From IMG/VR virus record IMGVR_UViG_3300035703_000009, positions 62,001 through 126,000 of that record: a DNA stretch of 64,000 nucleotides; one strand, written 5' to 3'. The position numbers and the translations under genes were made by a program. A model generated the notes under the pieces. The model was given only the letters and a program-made list of their open reading frames with translations, ran no database searches and had not been told where the DNA came from. Below, piece by piece: positions 8,911 through 18,107 of this stretch; positions within the stretch are counted from its first letter, which is position 1, and each line of letters starts with the position of its first letter.

Positions 8911-9777
8911 TTATTGGATGTTTGTGTGGATCCACTTTAGCAGAGGATCTTCTAGTAATTTAGGATCAGGATTTTTAAAGTCTGCAAAGAACTTAATTAA
9001 GTCGGAAGTAGGGTCCCCGTTCTCACTTATGAGGTTGACACCTACTGCTGGGATAGATTCTGGCACAAGTTCAGAGGTCAGCATCTTTTCGATTGCCTCA
9101 AAATGGTGCTCATAGATGTGAAACGAGTTATCGATGTGAGTGTATGTGCCCATCTCTAAGTCCGGATAGTGCGGTTTTAGGTGAGCAAGTGCCTGTGATT
9201 GCAAGACGGTAAAAAAAGCCAAGTCAGTCGGTAGTCCCCAAATCACGTCATTACTGCGCATTGAAATGGTGAGGTTGAGCTTGTTTTCACGAATATGAAA
9301 GATTCCATACATGGTGCACACAAAATCCCGGTTTGAGCGATACTGATGTTTTGGCAAGTTAAAGTGCATGATGGCTTGTCGCGAGTCCTTGTCCTTGATT
9401 AGGGAAGAGATCGCCCAGTCATACTGGCTAAAATCATGGTCATTGAGCTCGGTAAAAAGAAGGTTGCCATACGACGAATTTACCGTACCGTCATAGTTTT
9501 GAATGGTCGTCCAGAACTTGGCATACTCAGAGATGAAGTCGGCGTCGTTGCGTCCCATAAAATACCACAGCAGCTCAGCGGCGATGTATTTCTTTTGGGA
9601 AGACCTAAATTGATTTGAATATAGACATGACAGCGGATCCTCTAAGATCAGGACAGTATTGATGTTTTCCTTAACTAGCAGATCTCGAGGTCTGGTCTCG
9701 TATTCTGGGTTAGTCATTAGCTCATGTAGGCTTTCTCCATATACTGATGCAAAACTCTTGTCTTTATATACACGCAT
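8911..9777 (-). CDS. Thymidylate-synthase-family enzyme, T4 gp42 (dCMP hydroxymethylase)-like
   Basis: VNSSYG, DSRQAI, catalytic DFVCT, MRSNDVIWGLPTD, SFHIYE; start moved to 9777 because the upstream ATG lies inside the promoter motif. Confidence 0.85.
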   Translation of the reverse strand: MRVYKDKSFASVYGESLHELMTNPEYETRPRDLLVKENINTVLILEDPLSCLYSNQFRSSQKKYIAAELLWYFMGRNDADFISEYAKFWTTIQNYDGTVNSSYGNLLFTELNDHDFSQYDWAISSLIKDKDSRQAIMHFNLPKHQYRSNRDFVCTMYGIFHIRENKLNLTISMRSNDVIWGLPTDLAFFTVLQSQALAHLKPHYPDLEMGTYTHIDNSFHIYEHHFEAIEKMLTSELVPESIPAVGVNLISENGDPTSDLIKFFADFKNPDPKLLEDPLLKWIHTNIQ

Positions 9778-9796
9778 AGTCTTAGTATTTGACTTT

Positions 9797-9823
9797 TTAT
9801 ACATGGCATCGCACTACAAGTTT
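9797..9823 (-). promoter_or_regulatory. Bipartite promoter AAACT-N16-GTATAA
   Basis: Exact match to the recurring motif. Confidence 0.65.
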
Positions 9824-9835
9824 TAATCTCGACAA

Positions 9836-9843
9836 ATAAATAA
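9836..9843 (+). promoter_or_regulatory. Putative late promoter ATAAATAA
   Basis: Upstream of the plus-strand operon starting at 9858. Confidence 0.6.
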
Positions 9844-9857
9844 ATAAAATAGAATAG

Positions 9858-10226
9858 ATGTCTCTACAAAAGGTTTGGATAAAATGGGGTCAATTGAATG
9901 TTCAGTGGGGAGCAATCAACCTGACGTGGAGCGAGATCTATACGTATCTTGAAATAGCGAAAGGCAGTGGAGCCGGTGGAATAATAGTTGATCCAGAAAA
10001 AGTATGGAGCAGCGTTGATGCTGACCTAAAGAAACAAGGATACGATAAGGATACTCGAGAAAAGTTTTTAAAGGTAGTGGTCAAGGTAAATGGACTTGAA
10101 ACTGACTCTTCTAGAAAAATGGAGAGCATTAAAAAGTCGATCACTGTCGACCACATTAAAAATACGATAGCTAAGGTGACTCCTGAAGTAAGAGTTCACG
10201 CGATACAGGTTAAAAGAAATGGGTAA
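9858..10226 (+). CDS. Hypothetical late protein
   Basis: 122 aa; Trp-rich N-terminus. Confidence 0.75.
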   Translation: MSLQKVWIKWGQLNVQWGAINLTWSEIYTYLEIAKGSGAGGIIVDPEKVWSSVDADLKKQGYDKDTREKFLKVVVKVNGLETDSSRKMESIKKSITVDHIKNTIAKVTPEVRVHAIQVKRNG

Positions 10227-10986
10227 GAACTTTAATTCTTTTTCAGAACTGATTAAGGGTCGATCTGAGTCGGGTTTTAAATCATTTAAAGACCTCGCGA
10301 GCAAAATATCGACTGTCCCAGGTGCCGCACCTGTGCAAGAAAACATAGAAACTCCTCAAGTCGATCTAAACATCGAGGTCGACACTCAAGAGGACAAGTC
10401 AGTAGTTTCTAACCTAATTGAAAAGCTTTTAGAGTCTGACGACTCAAGCCAGACTCCTATAAATGAGAGCCTTTCTCAAGCAGAAACTGACCTGCCATTA
10501 GAAGGCAAGAACCTAGAAGAAGCCCTTGCGACTCTAATAAAAAGAATCGATGGGCTCTCAACAGGCATGCCGGTTACGCCAGAGGTCTTGCCAGAGCCAG
10601 TAAAAGAAGCACGACCTGAAGAACCAAACAAAGCATATAGAGTATTTAGAGATATAGACGAGACATTTGAGTGTAATCTAACAGTTGAAGGAACTAGCTT
10701 AGCTAATTCTAAAGTAAGACTTGTGCTCGAATCTGATGCATGGAACTTTGTGTTTTATGGCAAAGTGTACGGAGACGGCAAGTGTGTCGTTCCAATAAAA
10801 AAAGGTATTCCACTAGTGGAAGGAGCTACTGGAAAGATTAAATTAGAGGTAATTGCAGAAGAACAACTTTTCATAGGTTGGGAAGACAACTTTAAAATCG
10901 CTGCCTCCAAAAAGGTAAAAGTTGACCTAAAGGAGCAAAAAGCAGTTAAGGTCAGTTTTAACAAGCCGCTCAATGAAAAAGGATAA
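10219..10986 (+). CDS. Hypothetical late protein with beta-rich C-terminal domain
   Basis: 255 aa; low-complexity N-terminal half. Confidence 0.75.
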   Translation: MGKNFNSFSELIKGRSESGFKSFKDLASKISTVPGAAPVQENIETPQVDLNIEVDTQEDKSVVSNLIEKLLESDDSSQTPINESLSQAETDLPLEGKNLEEALATLIKRIDGLSTGMPVTPEVLPEPVKEARPEEPNKAYRVFRDIDETFECNLTVEGTSLANSKVRLVLESDAWNFVFYGKVYGDGKCVVPIKKGIPLVEGATGKIKLEVIAEEQLFIGWEDNFKIAASKKVKVDLKEQKAVKVSFNKPLNEKG

Positions 10987-10995
10987 TTTTAACGC

Positions 10996-11796
10996 ATGCC
11001 AACACTTGATTTAACGAACGTTAACGTATCTGCTTCTTTTCAAAGGCTACTACAGATCGACGATGCTGGAAACCAGTACAATGGTGCAGGCTCATTAATT
11101 AATACGCTAAGAATTCAAAAGACAATCTATCCAGAAATTAACTTTGCTGGAATAGACTATACTGTGATTCCTAACGGATCGTACATGATTGGATTTGATT
11201 CGGGAGCAGGCGGCAAGTTAGTGAAGTTAGATAACTCAGGCTCAATAACTGTCATAGAAGGTGCAGGAGGCGGAGGAATCATCACCAGTATATCAGACAC
11301 GAACACTGTCGACCTTGCGATAATTAGCGGAGACCTGTCGGCAGTAATTAAATATCAAAACTCTCCAGACATCGTGTTAAGTAGCGATGCCTCAGGCTTG
11401 ATCGCGAGCTTCGCTTCTGCCAATATTAGTCAGTTTACTAATAACACAGGATATACAACTTTATCTTCTTTTTCATCTGGTACAGGTATTTCTTATGATA
11501 ATCTTACAGGAGTAATAACTAACTCTGCTCCTGATCAAACTGTAGTATTAACTCCTGGAACAAATATAGGCATAAGTGGTACTTATCCAAGCTTTACAAT
11601 AAATGGATTAAATTCTGAAAGAAGAAATGACTGGGTAGCACCTTATTCTTATTGCGGTTCAGCTCCAAATGGTTCAGCAGAATCAGCATCAGTGTGGACA
11701 ATATATAGAATACAAGTAGCAAGTGATGGAACGGTGACTACATTATCAGCTACCAATGTAAAATGGACAGACAGATATACAACAATTTATACATAA
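10996..11796 (+). CDS. Tail-fibre-like structural protein, apparently chimeric
   Basis: G/S/T-rich fibre motifs (GTGISYDNLTGVIT, GTNIGISGTYPSFTI); codon usage changes mid-gene. Confidence 0.6.
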   Translation: MPTLDLTNVNVSASFQRLLQIDDAGNQYNGAGSLINTLRIQKTIYPEINFAGIDYTVIPNGSYMIGFDSGAGGKLVKLDNSGSITVIEGAGGGGIITSISDTNTVDLAIISGDLSAVIKYQNSPDIVLSSDASGLIASFASANISQFTNNTGYTTLSSFSSGTGISYDNLTGVITNSAPDQTVVLTPGTNIGISGTYPSFTINGLNSERRNDWVAPYSYCGSAPNGSAESASVWTIYRIQVASDGTVTTLSATNVKWTDRYTTIYT

Positions 11797-11809
11797 AAAT
11801 AAAAAAACT

Positions 11810-12106
11810 ATGCCTTTAATAAGCACACAACCTGTAACAGTAGACGGAAAAGAATATCCATTTTTAGCATTAAATATGGCTGTAAGTCCATTTTGGCAAC
11901 CTGAATATGTAGGAGGTTCAATAGCTTTGAGATTTACTCCATTCAGATATGACGAAAATCACAATGTAGAGAAATTAGAAAATCCTGATTATCAGAAAGT
12001 AATTTCTATGATGGATGTTTTTGATAATGGAACATCTCAGGAAAAAGATATTGCAAATAAAATAATGCTACAAATTCAAGAATTAATTAATTATAAAGGT
12101 TTTTAA
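11810..12106 (+). CDS. Hypothetical protein, possible fibre assembly factor
   Basis: 98 aa, between fibre-like genes in the AT-rich cassette. Confidence 0.7.
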   Translation: MPLISTQPVTVDGKEYPFLALNMAVSPFWQPEYVGGSIALRFTPFRYDENHNVEKLENPDYQKVISMMDVFDNGTSQEKDIANKIMLQIQELINYKGF

Positions 12107-13275
12107 TGGCAACTATAACATCAGCAGCAACAGGCAATTGGAGTAATACAGCAACTTGGGTTGGTGGAGTTGTACCTACAACAGTTGATGATGTTGTAAT
12201 AGGAGCAGGACATACTGTAACTTTAGATGTTAATGCTACTATACTTACGTTAACAGGTGCTGCAAATACAGCTTCAAATTTAGCTATAACAACAAGTAGA
12301 ACATTTACTTGTACCGCTGCAAATGGTATTACACAAAAGTCTATTAGTAACTCGACAGCGGGTTTAGTAGAAATATCAGGTGTTGGAATAACAGTAAATA
12401 TAAATGCTAATATTAGAAATATAAACGATTCATTAAGTAGTTCGGCAATAAGAATTGTTAGTATTTGTACTGTGAATATAGTTGGTAATGTTACAAATAC
12501 AGCACCAAGAAGTGCTTCAAGCGCAACAATTACACCAACTATATCTATATCCGCAGGAGCAACAGTAAATATTTTAGGGGATGTTATTTGCAATCCAGCA
12601 ACTGTTGGTGCAATTAACTTTGTTTGTATTCTTGCTAATAATAATGCTACAATAAACATTACAGGTAATTTAAGTTCAGGTATATTAACAACAGGTCAAA
12701 ATGCTATTTTAAATAATACAACTGCAATTACAATTAATGTAACAGGTAATGTCACAGCAAATTTAGCAACTGTAATTAATTCTAATCAATCATCAACAAT
12801 AACAGTAGTTGGTACAATAACTGCAAGTAATTCAGCAGTTGGTATAAATATGTCATCAGGAAATATTACAATATCCACACCTTGTCTAAATGCAACAAAT
12901 GGTGTAATGGCAGTATTATCTCCAAATGTAAAAATATACAGTAGTGCAATTGCAAGTTGGAGATTTTTAACAGATATTCCAGCAACTAATAAATTTCTTT
13001 ATTCAGCAGGCGTAGCACTTGGCAACCCAGTAATAGCGAATGTTAGAGATGGAACAGTTTATGGTGCATCAAATGAATTAACAGGCTCATTAATTATGGC
13101 AGTACCAAGTGATGTAAGAAAAAGTGTCCCTACAGATGCAACAGTTGGAACAGCAGATTTAACAGCACAAGACATATTTACAGAAATAGCAAATAGTTCT
13201 GACCCTATTGCTGTAAGATTAAGAAACATAGCAACAGTACAAACAACTGGAGCACAATTAGCATCATATAATTAA
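12106..13275 (+). CDS. Beta-helix adhesin / receptor-binding-like protein, paralogue 1
   Basis: GNWSNTATWVGGVVP N-terminus; repeated (I/V)NI(T/V)GN(V/L)T coils. Confidence 0.7.
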   Translation: MATITSAATGNWSNTATWVGGVVPTTVDDVVIGAGHTVTLDVNATILTLTGAANTASNLAITTSRTFTCTAANGITQKSISNSTAGLVEISGVGITVNINANIRNINDSLSSSAIRIVSICTVNIVGNVTNTAPRSASSATITPTISISAGATVNILGDVICNPATVGAINFVCILANNNATINITGNLSSGILTTGQNAILNNTTAITINVTGNVTANLATVINSNQSSTITVVGTITASNSAVGINMSSGNITISTPCLNATNGVMAVLSPNVKIYSSAIASWRFLTDIPATNKFLYSAGVALGNPVIANVRDGTVYGASNELTGSLIMAVPSDVRKSVPTDATVGTADLTAQDIFTEIANSSDPIAVRLRNIATVQTTGAQLASYN

Positions 13276-14266
13276 CTATGGCAGATAAGTATCCTTTGGC
13301 AAATGGTGTTTGGAGCAATGCAGCAAACTGGAATGGTGGAACTAAACCCATTGCAGGAGACGATGTATATGCAGATGGTAAGACTGTAACTATTGATGAA
13401 AATGTAAATGTCGGAACTATTAGAAATACGCTTAGAAGTGGTGGTACAACAGGAGGTGCTTTCTTAGTTACTTCTGGAGGGTTTACCATAACAACTACAT
13501 CCGCACAAGGCTTTTTTCCTAACATAGGTACATACCTATTACAGTTAAGCCACACTACAGGAACAAACATAATAAATGGCTCGATAGTCTGTCCAGGTAC
13601 ATCTAATAATGGCATATCAATTAGTGGTGTAGGTGGGACTACTAATATCAACGGAAACATAACAACTAATGGAGCTTCCATTGCTCTTCTTGTTTCAGCG
13701 GCAGCTACGGTTAATATAGTTGGCAATTTACAAGCAGGCAGTTCATCAAGTTGTTGCTCTATTACAGCAGCAGCAACTTTAGCTGTAACTGGAAATGTAA
13801 CAGGGGCAGCAGGAGGTAATGGCTCTGGTATAAGCAATGCATCAGTAGCAGCTACAATTACTATAACTGGCAATGTTACAGGGCAAGTAGGTGCTGGAAT
13901 AAATAGCAATCAAAACTCGACAATAAACATAACTGGAAATTGCACAGCAGCAAATCAAGCTGCAATATTAGCAACATCTTCAAATTTAGTCACAGTAGTA
14001 GGAACAATAACAGCAAGTAATTTAGCAGTTGGTATAAACGTTTCATCATGCACAATTTCCACTCCATGTCTAAATGCTTCTAATGGTGTTAATGCTGTTT
14101 ATTCTGCAAATGTAAAAATATATGCTTCTGCTGTTGCAAGTTGGCTATATAAAGACGAATTAAACAATAATAAATTTTTATATAGTGCAGGTGTAGCACT
14201 TGGCAATCCAGTAATAGCAAATGTTAGAAATGGAACAGTTTATGGAGCGTCAAATGAATTAACAGG
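12988..14266 (+). repeat. Dispersed ~98 bp near-identical direct repeat (12988-13085 and 14169-14266)
   Basis: Both copies encode NKFLYSAGVALGNPVIANVR(D/N)GTVYGASNELTG. Confidence 0.85.
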
Positions 14267-14459
14267 AACAATGATAGTTCCAAGCCCAAGCGATGTAAGA
14301 ATTTCAGTACCAACAGATAATACAGTAGGAACAGGACAATTAACAGCAGCAGATTTTCTTGCTGCAATAGCTGCTTCATCTGACCCTATAGCTGTAAGAT
14401 TAAACAATGTATCTACAGTAGATACAAGTGGAGCGCAAATGGCAAGTTATAATGTGTAA
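13278..14459 (+). CDS. Beta-helix adhesin / receptor-binding-like protein, paralogue 2
   Basis: GVWSNAANWNGG N-terminus, same coil repeats; C-terminus nearly identical to paralogue 1. Confidence 0.7.
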   Translation: MADKYPLANGVWSNAANWNGGTKPIAGDDVYADGKTVTIDENVNVGTIRNTLRSGGTTGGAFLVTSGGFTITTTSAQGFFPNIGTYLLQLSHTTGTNIINGSIVCPGTSNNGISISGVGGTTNINGNITTNGASIALLVSAAATVNIVGNLQAGSSSSCCSITAAATLAVTGNVTGAAGGNGSGISNASVAATITITGNVTGQVGAGINSNQNSTINITGNCTAANQAAILATSSNLVTVVGTITASNLAVGINVSSCTISTPCLNASNGVNAVYSANVKIYASAVASWLYKDELNNNKFLYSAGVALGNPVIANVRNGTVYGASNELTGTMIVPSPSDVRISVPTDNTVGTGQLTAADFLAAIAASSDPIAVRLNNVSTVDTSGAQMASYNV

Positions 14460-14519
14460 TGTTTTTTAGGATAGCTCTACCAGAAAGAATAAGTATTTCA
14501 TGACCTATAATATAATAAC

Positions 14520-16190
14520 TTACCCTATCTTAGTTAGAGTCATCTCCGAAAAGTGATCGACTGTTTTTACCATGATTCGATAGTTAAAAAGCTCTTCAGG
14601 TAAGGACTCATGAGAGACGACAAAAATCGTCATACCATACTTAGTAGAATATTCTCTTAGTATTTCTATCGCCATATACACGTTATTCTTGTCTAGTGAG
14701 CTAAAGATCTCGTCCAAGAACATCACGTTCATCTGTGAGTGCTTCATCTTGATCAGCTCAATAAAGGCTAAAAGCACGATGAGGTTCATCTTTTTACGTT
14801 GACCGCTAGAAAGACTTTCCGGTGAGATCTCCAATCCCATATAGGAGATGATTGGGTCAAAATCGCTGTTAAACTCAAAGGAAAACTTGAATTCTAATTT
14901 TTGTGAGATCTCAAAGATGCGAGCGTTTAGAGTCGGAATGATTTTATCAATTAGAGTCTTTTTGATGCCTGAGTCTGAAAGCAAGGAATCTAGTGTGCTG
15001 CTTAACTCGTACTCTTTTTCTTTAGTTTGGGCTTGAGTACTATCTGTGTCTAAGTTCTGCTGTATGGTTTCGATGATTGCTTCAATAGAGTTAGTCTCGT
15101 CAGTAGCTACTTCCTCCATCATCTTTTTAAGGCTAGTCTCAAGCGATTCGAGGTCTGCCTTGACTCGATAAAAGTCTGCCTTGGCTGAGTTTTGGTCATC
15201 AGTTAACTCCTCTAACTTAGAGTTTAGAGTTGAGAAAGATTCTTTGAGCGCAGGCAAGGACTCATCAAGGGTCTTTTTCTTAAGCTCGATAGATTCTTTG
15301 GTCTTGATAGCAGAGTCAGAGGTTAGGTCGTTTAAACAGTGTGGACACCTGTTCTTTTGGTATAAAGTAAGTTTATCGTTCACTTCAGAGATCGCTGCTC
15401 TGGCGCGACTGACCTCGTCCCTGACCTGATTGAGTTTCTGTTGAGTGCCGCTAATTGAATCCTTAAATGATGTATATCGACTTTTAATGTTCTCTAGGTC
15501 GGCGCGACGCTCTTCAATCTTAAAGGTAAGGTCGTCGGACTGCACCTCTTTTTTCTTGCTAAGCTTTTCCCTAAGCTGTGCAAGTTGGTCTAGAGAAGAC
15601 TGCAGAGTGGTCGAGTGTCTAGAGATTTGTGAGTTAAGCAGGTCGAGCTCTTTTTTGGCCTGACGCATCTCTTCCTTTACTATGCCTCGCATGTCAGTTA
15701 AAATGTCGATGCCAAAGATGCGATCGACTATCTTTCTCTTATCCGACTGACTCAGGTTAACGAACGACTTAAAATCATCGAATGACAGGCTAATTGTGTT
15801 ACAAAAAACCGAGAATGGGATCTTTGCAAGCTCTTCCTCGATGAAATCGTCGACCTTACGCTTGTCGGGTAGATTAAAGTGTGAACCATTCACCTCAATG
15901 TTACTAAAGTTAGGATCAATGCCTCTAGACAAGTCGACCTGGTCTCCTGAATTGGTCAAAAACTTGATGTTGGTGAAGGCATTTCGATTAACCCAGTTAG
16001 GAACATCCTTCATCTTACGAATGGCAGACCTACCGTAGATCGAAACAGTCAATGCCTCCTTTATAGAGGATTTTCCAGCGCCGTTTTCACCTTCTACAAG
16101 TATTAACTTAGGTTCATCGTCGAAGGTTAAGGTCTGTAGACAGTTGCCGTATGATAAGATATTCTTAAATGATAGCTCTAAAATCTTCAT
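14520..16190 (-). CDS. Recombination nuclease ATPase subunit (gp46/SbcC/Rad50-like)
   Basis: GENGAGKS, CPHC zinc hook, LSSGQ signature, FLDE Walker B, VVSH. Confidence 0.95.
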   Translation of the reverse strand: MKILELSFKNILSYGNCLQTLTFDDEPKLILVEGENGAGKSSIKEALTVSIYGRSAIRKMKDVPNWVNRNAFTNIKFLTNSGDQVDLSRGIDPNFSNIEVNGSHFNLPDKRKVDDFIEEELAKIPFSVFCNTISLSFDDFKSFVNLSQSDKRKIVDRIFGIDILTDMRGIVKEEMRQAKKELDLLNSQISRHSTTLQSSLDQLAQLREKLSKKKEVQSDDLTFKIEERRADLENIKSRYTSFKDSISGTQQKLNQVRDEVSRARAAISEVNDKLTLYQKNRCPHCLNDLTSDSAIKTKESIELKKKTLDESLPALKESFSTLNSKLEELTDDQNSAKADFYRVKADLESLETSLKKMMEEVATDETNSIEAIIETIQQNLDTDSTQAQTKEKEYELSSTLDSLLSDSGIKKTLIDKIIPTLNARIFEISQKLEFKFSFEFNSDFDPIISYMGLEISPESLSSGQRKKMNLIVLLAFIELIKMKHSQMNVMFLDEIFSSLDKNNVYMAIEILREYSTKYGMTIFVVSHESLPEELFNYRIMVKTVDHFSEMTLTKIG

Positions 16191-17302
16191 TAGTCGTAAT
16201 TCTTGCTGTTCTTTAATTGATCGTAAATGCTCTTAAACTTGCTCACGATCTGTTCTCTCTTGTACTCAGCAAGGTTCAAGTCGGATAACTGACTGTCTAG
16301 CACAGTAAAGATATTGTATTCATAGTTAGAACCAAGCTCAACTTCACTCTTTTTCTTTAGTTGATCGACTGAATAGGAGAAGAACTCAAGTCGACGATGT
16401 CCTGCATCCTTAATGAGTTCAGTGAATTTGGCCACAGGAAAGGTAGCAGAAAAGCTTGATTCAATTAGCACGTCAACAAAGTTATTCTTAAAGACCTTGA
16501 TGAGCTGCTCTGGGTTTAGGTTAAGCAGGTCTAGTATGTTAATCTTTAGGTGCTTTGGTGAGACCTGATTCTCGATGAAGCGTTCGGTAAAATCGGAGCC
16601 GTCTGCATTGATCACGTAGAAGCCTTTAGGGTTCCCTCGGTCACCTCGATCCATCTCGTAAGGTGTTCCTACATATAAGACATTTCGCTTTTCCTGGCGT
16701 ATATGAATGTGTCCTGAATATATCTTCTTAATGTGACTAATGTCTTCAAATTCTAATCCATGCTCAAGAGTGGTAACTGAGTTTAGGTCAAAGCCAGTAA
16801 AGTCCGCATGGCAGAATAAGTAGTCTGTGTTTGGACGCGACTTTATCTCTTCGCGGAGCAGAGTTAAGTCTGCTATCCATGGAAGAATTAAGACATGGTG
16901 ATGGTTTACTTTGATGAGTTCAGGCCGCTCAAAGATGTGAAAGTTTGGGTACATCTTGTCATAACCTTTAAGCGAGTGTAAGTCAGTACGATCTTTGTAG
17001 TAGCAATCATGATTACCGACGAAGAAATAAACTCCGCGCTTGAACTTGGCACACAACTTCTCGGCTATCTGATGTGAGACGTCCTGAATACGAATGTTGG
17101 TCGATTCGCGAACGTGGTTCCAATCGCCTACTTGAAGGAGTATGTCCTGAGCCGGATCGAAGCCGTCTTCATCGACCTGCGAGATAAAAGTATTGAGTAA
17201 GTATGATGTCTGTATGTCTGACCACTCTACTGAGTTGTTTCTGACCCCCAGGTGAAGATCACCAAGAACAAATATTTTTCGAATTCCTTGTAAATCCATC
17301 AT
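16190..17302 (-). CDS. Recombination nuclease subunit (gp47/SbcD/Mre11-like)
   Basis: GDLHLG, VGD, GNHD and SGHIH metallophosphoesterase motifs; adjacent to gp46. Confidence 0.93.
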   Translation of the reverse strand: MMDLQGIRKIFVLGDLHLGVRNNSVEWSDIQTSYLLNTFISQVDEDGFDPAQDILLQVGDWNHVRESTNIRIQDVSHQIAEKLCAKFKRGVYFFVGNHDCYYKDRTDLHSLKGYDKMYPNFHIFERPELIKVNHHHVLILPWIADLTLLREEIKSRPNTDYLFCHADFTGFDLNSVTTLEHGLEFEDISHIKKIYSGHIHIRQEKRNVLYVGTPYEMDRGDRGNPKGFYVINADGSDFTERFIENQVSPKHLKINILDLLNLNPEQLIKVFKNNFVDVLIESSFSATFPVAKFTELIKDAGHRRLEFFSYSVDQLKKKSEVELGSNYEYNIFTVLDSQLSDLNLAEYKREQIVSKFKSIYDQLKNSKNYD

Positions 17303-17517
17303 TGCTGCGCGAGTTTATCAAGGTCAACTATGTTGGATATTTTTTTGATCTTCTCTAGAATCTCAGCGGTCTCATCAGCAGTCGCAAAAGAAAAGGCATA
17401 CGCTGAGTTGTTCATGTAAAAGCTAATGCTTGTGCTGCTGGCCAACTTGATTTGGCTTACCTGGTCAAGGTTGATGATTGTCTCTCCACCGGAATATGTA
17501 AACTTGATGTTGGTCAT
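17299..17517 (-). CDS. Hypothetical protein
   Basis: 72 aa, coupled to gp47. Confidence 0.7.
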   Translation of the reverse strand: MTNIKFTYSGGETIINLDQVSQIKLASSTSISFYMNNSAYAFSFATADETAEILEKIKKISNIVDLDKLAQQ

Positions 17518-17519
17518 GG

Positions 17520-18092
17520 TTAGTGAATTCTTTTTTTGTGTATTTTGCCGTCTAAGATCTTGTACTTATTGTTAAGTTCGATGAGTAAGATCTCCTGTAT
17601 TTCTGTTTCCATCATATCGAACAGCTTCTTATACTCAATCGAAGTAATGGAGGATATTACCTCCATTGCATAGATCGGGTTGTAGAACAAATTCTCCGAT
17701 CCCTTCTTATCTAGTGAATCATTGATGCGATTAAACAAGAAATTGACCTCATCTTTAGACAGCTTAAGCTTGTTTGAAAACGGTTTATTTGTCTTTTTGT
17801 TTATTAGTATAATTATCTCTGGATCCTTTTGGACGAACTCAAAGATGCTATTCAAGATTAGTTTTGTATCAAGCGCATCTTCATACTCATATAAGTCTTT
17901 AAGATATTCGTTTGAGTAATCACTTGAGACCGATATTTTTCTTCGATATTCATAGTCTTCAGATTCAACTAGACCATCTCCAGTGTTGTATCTATTGTTA
18001 AAGATCTTGTCTTCTTTTAGTATGGTTTCCTCTACTGAAGTATCATCCTCGATTGGGTCCTCGATTTCTTCGTATTGATCGTCGTTGTACAT
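17520..18092 (-). CDS. Hypothetical protein with acidic N-terminus
   Basis: 190 aa ORF in the replication operon. Confidence 0.75.
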   Translation of the reverse strand: MYNDDQYEEIEDPIEDDTSVEETILKEDKIFNNRYNTGDGLVESEDYEYRRKISVSSDYSNEYLKDLYEYEDALDTKLILNSIFEFVQKDPEIIILINKKTNKPFSNKLKLSKDEVNFLFNRINDSLDKKGSENLFYNPIYAMEVISSITSIEYKKLFDMMETEIQEILLIELNNKYKILDGKIHKKRIH

Positions 18093-18107
18093 GCATGTTT
18101 TGTTATT

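Noticed and set aside
12106-14459. Diversity-generating retroelement (template/variable repeat pair)
   Set aside because: Both repeat copies are coding, the differences are mostly synonymous rather than adenine-specific, and there is no reverse transcriptase in the window.
17520-18092. gp33-like late transcription co-activator
   Set aside because: Only position and helical character hint at it; there is no motif I can support.
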